DNA from: a virus
Length of the DNA: 44,178 nt
Virus record (IMG/VR): IMGVR_UViG_3300045988_042256
Direction: 5' to 3' (one strand)
A program made the position numbers and the translations under genes. The notes beneath the pieces were generated by a model that did not search any database, was not told the origin of the DNA, and saw only the letters and a list, made by a program, of their open reading frames with translations. Below, piece by piece: positions 36,573 through 43,781 of this stretch (positions within the stretch are counted from its first letter, which is position 1; each line of letters opens with the position of its first letter).

Positions 36573-36802
36573 TTACCTACCGCGATATATCTGCCCCAAG
36601 CGCTAGTTTTATTTAATCCATCTTTCGCTGCCTGAGAATATACTTTAACCCCTGTTCTAGTATGCTCTCTAAACGAATGGACCTGGTTATCAACATTGTT
36701 ACCATTCACGTCATTACCAACTACTACGTAACACTCCCCATCAAAGGAAACAGGAAATGAAATTGTACCTCCTATTGGTATGTTATTAAACGCTCCCCAC
36801 TG
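36569..36802 (-). CDS. Silent alternative fibre-tip cassette 1 (start-less, begins at QWG)
   Basis: QWGAFNNIPIGGTISFPVSF...GVKVY...WGRYIAVGN parallels the active tip QWGVGGQDNVVKTEVTFPIRF...AVFVAS...YYWFALGII. There is no SD before the track ATG at 36847. Its stop codon overlaps the fibre stop in TTAA (36569-36572). Confidence 0.6.
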   Translation of the reverse strand, partial: QWGAFNNIPIGGTISFPVSFDGECYVVVGNDVNGNNVDNQVHSFREHTRTGVKVYSQAAKDGLNKTSAWGRYIAVGN

Positions 36803-36803
36803 G
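36793..36803 (-). repeat. Crossover-site candidate B (inverted, identical 11-mer CCAGTGGGGAG)
   Basis: Plus strand reads CTCCCCACTGG. On the minus strand it encodes QWG at the head of cassette 1. Confidence 0.55.
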
Positions 36804-36859
36804 AGATAGTTTAATAAGTGCCTATAGAACGACGGCATGGCGCACATCGCAGTAGGTAA

Positions 36860-37099
36860 TTAGCTGATTCCAACGCACAGCCAGGTAAAGTTGCCAGCAT
36901 TGCCACGGTTAGTTAAAAAGCGTATAGAAGCTCTATTATTATTTGAGAAGCCACTGTTCCAAGACACATAGAACTCATCGCCTCTTGTGTTTGTACTTGC
37001 GGAGTCGTCGGTACATAATGCGACTAACACATTACACCTGATAGGCAATGTTACATCACAATATGTATTTTGATTTAAGAACCAAGTTAGCCCCCACTG
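36860..37099 (-). CDS. Silent alternative fibre-tip cassette 2 (start-less, begins at QWG)
   Basis: The frame is open from CAG 37099: QWGLTWFLNQNTYCDVTLPIRCNVLVAL...NFTWLCVGIS. Same V/I-T/S-F/L-P-I/V core and W-x-x-V/L-G ending. Same reading frame as cassette 1. Confidence 0.55.
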   Translation of the reverse strand, partial: QWGLTWFLNQNTYCDVTLPIRCNVLVALCTDDSASTNTRGDEFYVSWNSGFSNNNRASIRFLTNRGNAGNFTWLCVGIS

Positions 37100-37104
37100 G
37101 GGAG
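37091..37104 (-). repeat. Crossover-site candidate C (inverted CCCAGTGGGGG, quasi-palindromic)
   Basis: Plus strand reads CCCCCACTGGGGAG. On the minus strand it encodes P-QWG at the head of cassette 2. It ends 1 nt before the recombinase stop codon. Confidence 0.5.
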
Positions 37105-37950
37105 TTATTTTAATAATTCTATGGTTTTACGCAGTTCACGAATAGTTTTATGCGTGTATACCCTAGTGGTAATATCGCCTTGTTTGTGACCTAGTAAGGA
37201 GCGTAACGTGTTAGGTGGCGCAACCGCATCAAGTAAACTGGCGAATGTGTGCCTGGTATCGTGGATAGTGTGCTTGCAGTTAAGCTGTTTCATAATATCC
37301 CGGAAATGCTTGCGAAACGTCGTGTAGCTTATAGTAAATAGGTAATCGCTAGTATGTAGTTGCTCTATTATAGGCATGATGCGGTGATGAATGGGAATGA
37401 TACGACCTTCACCGGCTTTTGTTTTAGCGTGTCTCACAATAAGGTATGATGATCGTCTATTGATATCCTGCCTACGTAAATTAAGTAGCTCACCGATGCG
37501 TAGACCGGTGTAAAGCAGTATTAAAATCATACGGGAATAAGAAGTATCCACCGCCCATAATTTGTTAATTTGTTGGCGAGTGAATACTCTTCTTCTAATC
37601 GTCGGTATATTAGGGCCTAGGGTTAAGTGTATGGCGTAATTAGTGATAGGGTAATCTTTGATAATTGCGTAATTAAATAATTGGTTAAGTAACGTGCGGA
37701 CTTTCTTACATGATGAGTAGGAAAGTCCTTTTACGTGCATGGAATTAATCACATTTTGAAGGTGCTGAAAATGAATATCCGGGATAGGCATATCCGCTAT
37801 GTTGGATATGTGTTTAAAAGCAATGCGATACGACTTAACAGCGCTATCAGAAATAGACTGAGAGTGAATAGGCAACCACTCGTTAAATAGTTGCCTTAAT
37901 GTAATGGTATTGCGTTGTCTACGTTTTAGCATAACAGCGTAACGGCGCAT
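37105..37950 (-). CDS. Second tyrosine recombinase (putative fibre-tip invertase, Rci-like role)
   Basis: SD GGAGGTGA. TGLRIGELLNL (Arg), AKTKAG (Lys), HDTRHTFAS (His-x-x-Arg), LLGHK, Tyr in RVYTH. 281 aa with no large N-terminal arm-binding domain. Embedded antisense in the late operon. Confidence 0.85.
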   Translation of the reverse strand: MRRYAVMLKRRQRNTITLRQLFNEWLPIHSQSISDSAVKSYRIAFKHISNIADMPIPDIHFQHLQNVINSMHVKGLSYSSCKKVRTLLNQLFNYAIIKDYPITNYAIHLTLGPNIPTIRRRVFTRQQINKLWAVDTSYSRMILILLYTGLRIGELLNLRRQDINRRSSYLIVRHAKTKAGEGRIIPIHHRIMPIIEQLHTSDYLFTISYTTFRKHFRDIMKQLNCKHTIHDTRHTFASLLDAVAPPNTLRSLLGHKQGDITTRVYTHKTIRELRKTIELLK

Positions 37951-37976
37951 AATTTCACCTCCGAAAGGATACTACT

Positions 37977-38366
37977 ATGAATCAATATGTATTTATTTTA
38001 AATGAAAAAGGGGAACGAATTACATCCCTGTGTGATAACACGTTGAGCCGTGAAACTATTATGGCGCAAGCTGAACACGATTACCCAAATGCGCAATATG
38101 TGTATTCTGCAGATGGTGACGCAATGCTTGATGAATTTATGAGCGGTAAAGCGTATGTAGACGGAAAATTCGTTGCGCCTGACCCGTATGTTCCTACAAA
38201 GGAAGATAAGATTAACGCAATCAAATCTGAATACGAACCGCGCTTCAAATCATTGGAAGAGGCTCAACGCCGATTGTTATTAATGGGCAAACCTACTACA
38301 GCCATTAGCGCTCAATATATTAAATTAAATGACGAAATGGTAACACGTATTAAGGAGGTACAATAA
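37977..38366 (+). CDS. Hypothetical protein; possible tail-fibre assembly/chaperone protein
   Basis: Called from position next to the fibre genes. The C-terminal helical segment KINAIKSEYEPRFKSLEEAQRRLLLMG resembles fibre assembly proteins. Weak call. Confidence 0.3.
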   Translation: MNQYVFILNEKGERITSLCDNTLSRETIMAQAEHDYPNAQYVYSADGDAMLDEFMSGKAYVDGKFVAPDPYVPTKEDKINAIKSEYEPRFKSLEEAQRRLLLMGKPTTAISAQYIKLNDEMVTRIKEVQ

Positions 38367-38367
38367 T

Positions 38368-38529
38368 ATGCCTAAATATATCGGAGAAAGTAAAGTACCT
38401 GTTATGGAATTTTGTGAGTATTGTTGGGAAGTACTTAACGAAGATGGTACTTGCCCAACTAAAGGGTGTATCCATAATGATCTAATGGAATTAGAAAAGG
38501 ATGATGCGGATGTTACCAGTCAAGCATGA
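38368..38529 (+). CDS. 53-aa four-Cys zinc-ribbon-like small protein (not in the ORF track)
   Basis: ATG 38368 behind SD AAGGAGG. CEYC...CPTKGC. Confidence 0.5.
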   Translation: MPKYIGESKVPVMEFCEYCWEVLNEDGTCPTKGCIHNDLMELEKDDADVTSQA

Positions 38530-38845
38530 TATGACTGCTTATCAAGGTGAATATATTACATTAACTATTGGATGCGATTCAGTAATTAATGTAGAAGATG
38601 TGTTTGCCTGCGTTAGGCGATATAGTTGGGAAGATGAAATACTAGGTAGGTTTGTAATTACAAATAGTGAGCAACCACTTTCAGATGGTGAAAAAAGCAA
38701 ACTCAATCTAACCTTAGACACTAATTCAATTGATAGTGGCACTTACTTTTGGGACTTATTTAAGTGGGTTGGAAACAGACCTGTTAAATGTTTGGTAGAA
38801 GGTAAGGTTGTCATCAAACAAGGAATCAGTAATAGGGGAAAATAA
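38501..38845 (+). CDS. Hypothetical structural-region protein
   Basis: ATGs at 38501, 38504 and 38510; the one at 38510 has the best SD spacing. Confidence 0.45.
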   Translation: MMRMLPVKHDMTAYQGEYITLTIGCDSVINVEDVFACVRRYSWEDEILGRFVITNSEQPLSDGEKSKLNLTLDTNSIDSGTYFWDLFKWVGNRPVKCLVEGKVVIKQGISNRGK

Positions 38846-38846
38846 T

Positions 38847-40259
38847 ATGAGCGATACTAACACTATTAATATTTATATGAATGCAGAAGAAAATGTTGAA
38901 GTAAAAGACGCTGCACAAATTATTAAATTGCAAGGGCCGAAGGGTGAACCTGGAGAGCAAGGGCCTCCTGGCCCTCCAGGTCCTCCAGGTGAACCTGGTA
39001 AAAATGGCGTTGATGGTGTAAACGGCGAACAAGGGTTACAGGGTATTCAAGGGCCACCAGGGCCCCCTGGTGCTCCTGGTAGAGATGGAGTTAACGGTCT
39101 TAAAGGTGAACCTGGTAAAGATGGAAAGCCGTTTACTTATGATATGTTCACATCAGAGCAATTATTGGCTTTAAAAGGTCCAAAGGGCGACCCAGGACCA
39201 CCGGGTCCTCCTGGCACTGGTGCTAATGTAGATTTATCAGCATATGCAACTAAGGCGGATGCTGACAATGCATATCTAAAGAAGGTAGATTTAAGAAACT
39301 ATCTAACTATGATAGGCGACCCTAAATATGCACTCAAAACAGAGCTAAACGATTATTTATCTAAAACAGATGCGACAAATAATTACGCTCAAAAGGGTTG
39401 GGCTACTCAAACATTCGCCTATAAGAATGATTTAAGTACTTTTATTAAGAAGAACGAGATTTCTCAATATGCGTTGACTCCTGGTGATGCTTCTAATCGT
39501 TATGTTAACAAAATAGAGGGACAATCTTTCGCTCAAAAATCTGAATTAAGTGATTATGTTAAGAAAACGGAAATTAATCAGTATACATCGGCATCAAGTG
39601 CACAGCTTACACCTGAACAAATTGAAAAATTAAGAGGGCCACAAGGCCCTAAAGGTGAGCCATTTAGATATAGCGACTTTACACAGGACCAACTTAACGC
39701 ACTTAAAGGGCCAAAAGGCGATACTGGTTTACCTGGTAAAGACGGTAAAGCATTTACCTATGCTGACTTTACTCCGAATCAGTTAGCTTTATTAAAGGGG
39801 CCTAAAGGCGACAATGGAACACAACCAGAAATAACATTTACACTAGATGAAAATGGTGATTTGTTTGTAGATGTTGCTTATTCTAACCTTGCAAGTAATA
39901 CAGGCACTACTGCCGTAAATATTGCTGAAACTAAGGTATATGATATCGTGTGGGGTGTTGCTCAAGCAGGTGCACCCGGTGCAGGTAGAGGGTATCTTGA
40001 ATTTAACCCTGCCACAGGCTTTGGTAAATTACACTTAGATATGAGAATAACAACCGCTGGTTCTGGTAGTGGCGGCGTTTTATGTACACTACCTGCTAAT
40101 GCACCAGTACCAACACGTTTGCTTGAAGTAACTGTAGATGCAAACAATAATAGCGTTTATGTTGAACCTAACTCTCGTAATATTAAAGGTTGGGGCGTTG
40201 TAGGAAATAACAAACGTTACATTTTAGATATTGTTGGATTTTGGAAAGAGGTAAAATAA
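38847..40259 (+). CDS. Collagen-like repeat tail fibre with a globular C-terminal domain
   Basis: ATG 38847 behind SD AGGGGA. Gly-X-Y runs ([28 protein letters not shown]...). Three copies of the F-x-Y-x-x-F-T-x-x-Q-L-x-x-LKGPKGD motif. Confidence 0.75.
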   Translation: MSDTNTINIYMNAEENVEVKDAAQIIKLQGPKGEPGEQGPPGPPGPPGEPGKNGVDGVNGEQGLQGIQGPPGPPGAPGRDGVNGLKGEPGKDGKPFTYDMFTSEQLLALKGPKGDPGPPGPPGTGANVDLSAYATKADADNAYLKKVDLRNYLTMIGDPKYALKTELNDYLSKTDATNNYAQKGWATQTFAYKNDLSTFIKKNEISQYALTPGDASNRYVNKIEGQSFAQKSELSDYVKKTEINQYTSASSAQLTPEQIEKLRGPQGPKGEPFRYSDFTQDQLNALKGPKGDTGLPGKDGKAFTYADFTPNQLALLKGPKGDNGTQPEITFTLDENGDLFVDVAYSNLASNTGTTAVNIAETKVYDIVWGVAQAGAPGAGRGYLEFNPATGFGKLHLDMRITTAGSGSGGVLCTLPANAPVPTRLLEVTVDANNNSVYVEPNSRNIKGWGVVGNNKRYILDIVGFWKEVK

Positions 40260-41135
40260 ATGGCTAGATTTAGATTAGGTAATATTAGAGGTCCTAGAGG
40301 TCCTAAGGGCGATCCATTTAGATATTCTGATTTTACACAAGAACAACTTAATGCACTTAAAGGGCCTAAGGGAGATAAAGGTGAGGAAGGTAAAGGAGCA
40401 ACTGCAGAAACTGCATATCATGCATTATTAAGCGGAAATGTATGGTGCGAGAGTGCTAACGTTGATGACGTACTTACTGCTTTAATTGGGAATATGGGTA
40501 AGCCGTTCCCTCGTACTGAATTTAAGCCGTTGACTATTCCAAGCGTAACCAAAGGGCAACAAGTGGTAGTAGTAACAGGTGAACCTCATTACAGTGTTAA
40601 GGTAGTTGGTAACGACACACCTTTCACACTAGACAGTGCTGGGGCTTGCACTATTACAATTCCACCTCTAGGCGAAGATGATATAAAACTCACTTATCAC
40701 AATTTCACAGGTGCAAAAGTTGCAGAATACAAAATCGCTGGTGTTCAAACTGATGCAGTTGCTGATGAAGAATATACCGAAAATGGCATTGTATACAAAC
40801 GCTATGGGGATAGCTTGAAAATGAATATTTCAAGCAACACAGTTAGAGGTAATTTCAAAGATAACCCTAAGAATTGGAATATTACGAAAAAGGTAATTTA
40901 TGCCAATAGACCAGCAACGCTTGATTTAGGAGATAACTATAACTCATATGGCCCTTATTTTGTAGAAACTCCTGAAAACGTAACGTTTAAAGGGGATAAT
41001 AACAATATGCGGCTAACAGTAGCTACATCAACACAGGCAACCAAAACTCTGGCCTTTGATATGAATACCATTGAATGGGATGCGGCTAACAGTAGCTACA
41101 TCAACACAGGCAACAAAAACGTTGACCATTTATAA
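40260..41135 (+). CDS. Second collagen-motif fibre / receptor-binding protein
   Basis: The N-terminus [31 protein letters not shown] repeats the motif of the upstream gene. Distinct C-terminal domain. Confidence 0.65.
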   Translation: MARFRLGNIRGPRGPKGDPFRYSDFTQEQLNALKGPKGDKGEEGKGATAETAYHALLSGNVWCESANVDDVLTALIGNMGKPFPRTEFKPLTIPSVTKGQQVVVVTGEPHYSVKVVGNDTPFTLDSAGACTITIPPLGEDDIKLTYHNFTGAKVAEYKIAGVQTDAVADEEYTENGIVYKRYGDSLKMNISSNTVRGNFKDNPKNWNITKKVIYANRPATLDLGDNYNSYGPYFVETPENVTFKGDNNNMRLTVATSTQATKTLAFDMNTIEWDAANSSYINTGNKNVDHL

Positions 41136-41159
41136 TTAATCAAACCACAGGGAGAACAC

Positions 41160-41255
41160 ATGCAAGAATTAACTGATTTTATGAGCGAGGCTTGGCGGAC
41201 ATTGACGGATTCGTTTGTACTCAAAGCCTTGCTTGCATGTGTTCACCCTACTTAA
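41160..41255 (+). CDS. 31-aa small ORF upstream of the holin gene (not in the ORF track)
   Basis: ATG 41160 behind SD GGGAGA. Sequence MQELTDFMSEAWRTLTDSFVLKALLACVHPT. Confidence 0.35.
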   Translation: MQELTDFMSEAWRTLTDSFVLKALLACVHPT

Positions 41256-41277
41256 CTATCACATTTAGGGGGAGTGA

Positions 41278-41829
41278 ATGGATATATTGAACGACATTTT
41301 AGTAATGCTGATTAGCGGTGTGTCACATGCGCATATTGTCAGTATGGGCGTTATCATCATATTAACAACTGTACTGCTATTCATTGACGCAGCGCAGCGC
41401 ATTACGACGGAGGTGCTTAGGTATAACAAGGATAATCACAGAAATAATACGCCTATAACATTACTTACAACGCTCGCATGGTATGGATGGGGTAAGGGTG
41501 GATATGTTGACGCGACTACAGGCCTGAAACGTAGGTACCTGATGAGTGAACGCTTACGATCCGATTTGCTAACGAAGTTATGCGTCCAGTACCCCGCGTG
41601 GATGGTCTTATCGGTAGTATTTGAATCGCTACCGGATATTCCGATTCCGAATACTGAACTATTCCTTGACCATATCTTTTCATTCCTATTCATGCTAATT
41701 CCGTTCTTCTCAGAATGTTGGTCCATTATTGAGAACTTACGTGAAATGGTTGAAGATGACCTCGTCGACTTTGGAAAGGTATTTCATAGCGTACTCGAGA
41801 TTATCAGAGCATGGAGGGGTAATGGATAA
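41278..41829 (+). CDS. Holin-like membrane protein (Phage_holin_4-like)
   Basis: SD GGGGGAG. Multiple TM segments. ECWSIIENLREM resembles the E-x-x-SI-x-EN holin motif. Confidence 0.55.
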   Translation: MDILNDILVMLISGVSHAHIVSMGVIIILTTVLLFIDAAQRITTEVLRYNKDNHRNNTPITLLTTLAWYGWGKGGYVDATTGLKRRYLMSERLRSDLLTKLCVQYPAWMVLSVVFESLPDIPIPNTELFLDHIFSFLFMLIPFFSECWSIIENLREMVEDDLVDFGKVFHSVLEIIRAWRGNG

Positions 41830-42214
41830 GTTAGCTATCATTAACCGCATCAAGCGGTCATATCAGTCCATCCGAATAGCGGGCATAAGGCCAACTGGCG
41901 TATTAGCAACGAGGGCATTAGTCCTCGTCATGCTAGTACCTATGGTGCTAGTCGTTGCCCAGTATGTATTATCAACGATTAGAGGTTATGTGTCACCTGA
42001 AGCGAATCAGCTTATCGATAAGGGTATTCTTATCATTGACCACATATTCGTGCCGTCGGTGCTTATGTCAATTGTAGGGCTTTGTGGCATGTTCATCGAC
42101 AAAGACCATAACGGGATACCAGATAAGTTAGAGGAGCCTAATGCGTTGCCGGTGAACAGACCAGGTATTCAGCAATTATCGGATGATATTAACCATGACG
42201 AGAGGGGGAAATAA
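41822..42214 (+). CDS. Two-TM membrane protein (second holin/antiholin candidate)
   Basis: ATG 41822 behind SD GGAGGGG, overlapping the holin stop. TM segments LVLVMLVPMVLVVAQYVL and VPSVLMSIVGLCGMFI. Confidence 0.5.
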   Translation: MDKLAIINRIKRSYQSIRIAGIRPTGVLATRALVLVMLVPMVLVVAQYVLSTIRGYVSPEANQLIDKGILIIDHIFVPSVLMSIVGLCGMFIDKDHNGIPDKLEEPNALPVNRPGIQQLSDDINHDERGK

Positions 42215-42790
42215 ATGTTTAGACAAATTACAATGGACGAGTTACAGTCCTTAGCGCTAAAAGCATATGGCCAAATTGAAAAGGCATACCTGCATTGGAC
42301 AGGCGTCAAAGGGGGTAAGCACTTCGCGGACTACCACATCAACATCGACCGAGATGGCACGATGTGGACCGATATGGAGGCATTAACAGATTATAAGGAA
42401 CACACTTACATGCGCAACAGTAATGCCGTAGGCATAGCTATTGAAGCATGTTGGGATGCAGTAAGTGAAAATAATTTAGGAAGCGAACCACCAACCAAAG
42501 CACAGTTAACCACTATGACACAGATTATGGCAGTGCTCACTATTAACGCGGGTGTACCACTTGACATACAACATCAAATGACACACGCTGAAGCGGCCGA
42601 TAATAAGGACGGCCTCGACCTCTATTATTTAGATCCGACTGGATACCCTAACAATACTTACGGCCCAGACTCCAACGTTGACCGATGGGACCTCTTAGTG
42701 TGCCATGCAGGCGACGAACGATGGAGCGGGGGCGACTGGTTACGCGGCACCGCTCGATGGTGGGGCGCACAGTGGGGTAGTAATATTTAG
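42215..42790 (+). CDS. Endolysin, N-acetylmuramoyl-L-alanine amidase (Amidase_2/PGRP-like)
   Basis: LHWTGVKGGKHFADYHINIDRDGTMW...NAVGIAIEAC...HAEA fits the amidase_2 pattern. Position in the lysis cassette is consistent. Confidence 0.65.
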   Translation: MFRQITMDELQSLALKAYGQIEKAYLHWTGVKGGKHFADYHINIDRDGTMWTDMEALTDYKEHTYMRNSNAVGIAIEACWDAVSENNLGSEPPTKAQLTTMTQIMAVLTINAGVPLDIQHQMTHAEAADNKDGLDLYYLDPTGYPNNTYGPDSNVDRWDLLVCHAGDERWSGGDWLRGTARWWGAQWGSNI

Positions 42791-42802
42791 GAAGGAGTTA
42801 CC

Positions 42803-43264
42803 ATGTATGAAACTATCAAGACGAAAATTGTATCTGCGTTTACTCTTAAGCGCGTTATTTGTGGTATGCTTAGCGTTCTTCTCATCGGTTTCGCATGCAG
42901 CCTCATCGGAGGATACCTCGACACAAGAGCCGACTATCAACGTACCCGTGAGCAGTTGGAACGAACTCGAAGGGCGCTTGATGAAAGCAGAAAGCTCAAT
43001 CAACAACTCCGAGAAAGCATTGCAACAAGCCAACAGCTTAACCGCGACGCAGGGAACAGCATTAACAGAATTGAAGATTATCAACGAAGAACGGACGAAG
43101 GAATTGAACGCGCTCAAAGCAATCAACGAGAAACAGGAGCAAGAATTAACGAAAGTCTCCAATCTCTTGACGACGCAAGAAGCGAAATTGAACGAAGCCT
43201 CGACATCATTAGAAGAATTGATAGAACAAATCAAACGCAACAAACGAACAGAACAGCGCCTTAA
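42803..43264 (+). CDS. Spanin-like candidate, frame A (N-terminal TM segment plus Arg/Gln/Glu-rich helix)
   Basis: ATG 5 nt after SD GGAAGGAG. TM segment VICGMLSVLLIGFACSLIGGYL. Completely overlapped by frame B. Confidence 0.45.
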   Translation: MYETIKTKIVSAFTLKRVICGMLSVLLIGFACSLIGGYLDTRADYQRTREQLERTRRALDESRKLNQQLRESIATSQQLNRDAGNSINRIEDYQRRTDEGIERAQSNQRETGARINESLQSLDDARSEIERSLDIIRRIDRTNQTQQTNRTAP

Positions 43265-43331
43265 AAGGCAACGTGATACATGGGCCGCGGTAAGCGGTGT
43301 ATTTGGATTAGCAGGTGCAATTCGTCGATGA
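42807..43331 (+). CDS. Spanin-like candidate, frame B (+1 relative to A): signal/anchor, heptad coiled-coil, C-terminal hydrophobic tail
   Basis: ATG 9 nt after the same SD. KLSRRKLYLRLLLSALFVVCLAFFSSVSHA. Lys/Glu/Leu/Asn coiled coil. C-terminus WAAVSGVFGLAGAIRR. Its composition matches the rest of the phage better than frame A does. Confidence 0.5.
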   Translation: MKLSRRKLYLRLLLSALFVVCLAFFSSVSHAASSEDTSTQEPTINVPVSSWNELEGRLMKAESSINNSEKALQQANSLTATQGTALTELKIINEERTKELNALKAINEKQEQELTKVSNLLTTQEAKLNEASTSLEELIEQIKRNKRTEQRLKRQRDTWAAVSGVFGLAGAIRR

Positions 43332-43422
43332 CTGAGAGGTGATCCAATTATCTCCTGATCATGAGCAGGTGGACTCATGGATTGATTTCAAAAGATTATC
43401 GAAAGAATGACAAAAGATTAAA

Positions 43423-43470
43423 AGAGCCTACTAACCTAGAATAAATCTATGTTGGTAGGCTCTATTTTTA
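43423..43470 (+). terminator. Rho-independent terminator ending the late/lysis operon
   Basis: AGAGCCTACTAAC (43423-43435) / GTTGGTAGGCTCT (43451-43463) with one mismatch, then ATTTTTATTT. Confidence 0.65.
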
Positions 43471-43493
43471 TTTGTAAAAATCAAAATAAACAC

Positions 43494-43522
43494 TTGACTT
43501 TATACACGATAAAGGGTATAAT
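43494..43522 (+). promoter_or_regulatory. Near-consensus sigma-70 promoter
   Basis: TTGACT (43494-43499), 17-nt spacer, TATAAT (43517-43522). Confidence 0.7.
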
Positions 43523-43545
43523 ATAATTGTAAGGAGGTGATGATA

Positions 43546-43638
43546 GTGGACATAATAGAAAAGCTAACAAGTTTAGCAAATGCGCTGACGCCACTGGTAC
43601 TGGCACTAGCAATACTAAAACTTGTTAGCAAAGACTAA
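43546..43638 (+). CDS. 30-aa hydrophobic peptide (not in the ORF track)
   Basis: GTG 8 nt after AAGGAGG. Sequence MDIIEKLTSLANALTPLVLALAILKLVSKD. Followed by the GGCGGG/CCCGCC hairpin (43645-43663). Confidence 0.5.
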   Translation: MDIIEKLTSLANALTPLVLALAILKLVSKD

Positions 43639-43700
43639 AAAGCAGGCGGGTGAAAGCCCCGCCACCTTCTCAACATCATTGTAAATCAACGAGGTGAATT

Positions 43701-43781
43701 ATGCAATATTTAGAATGGCTGATTAATATAGTAACTATTATTGTTTTGATACTAGCAATTAAACGTTTAGTTAGAGGGTGA
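43701..43781 (+). CDS. 26-aa hydrophobic peptide, paralogue-like to the 30-aa peptide (not in the ORF track)
   Basis: ATG behind SD GAGGTGA. Sequence MQYLEWLINIVTIIVLILAIKRLVRG. Shares the ..LAI-K-(R)LV-basic ending. Overlaps the next ORF by 4 nt. Confidence 0.5.
   Translation: MQYLEWLINIVTIIVLILAIKRLVRG

Larger units (their letters stand above)
36344..37104. other. Putative invertible (shufflon-like) segment holding the fibre tips
   Basis: Bounded by CCAGTGGGGAG (36344-36354, + strand) and its inverted relative at 37091-37104, with an internal inverted copy at 36793-36803. A recombinase gene abuts the right boundary. Confidence 0.6.

Noticed and set aside
36569-36847. Treating the 92-aa minus-strand ORF (and 36860-37048, with its TTG start) as ordinary independent genes
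   Set aside because: There is no SD before either start. Both frames stay open upstream to an in-frame QWG core shared with the fibre gene, and both products align with the fibre C-terminus. They are better explained as silent cassettes.
37105-37950. The second tyrosine recombinase as the integrase of a nested mobile element or a second prophage boundary
   Set aside because: No direct repeats or att-like duplications flank it. It is embedded between fibre genes of one continuous late operon, and the only matching repeats nearby are the inverted QWG cores.
35676-41135. A diversity-generating retroelement or a serine invertase (Gin/Cin type) acting on the fibres
   Set aside because: No reverse-transcriptase-like ORF and no template/variable repeat pair were seen anywhere in the window. 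No small serine-recombinase ORF is present either.
42740-43378. 212-aa minus-strand ORF covering the spanin-like region
   Set aside because: There is no SD before its ATG. The product is Ser/Cys/Leu-rich and low in complexity. It is the antisense shadow of GAA/AAG/CAA-rich coiled-coil codons, which are poor in stop codons.
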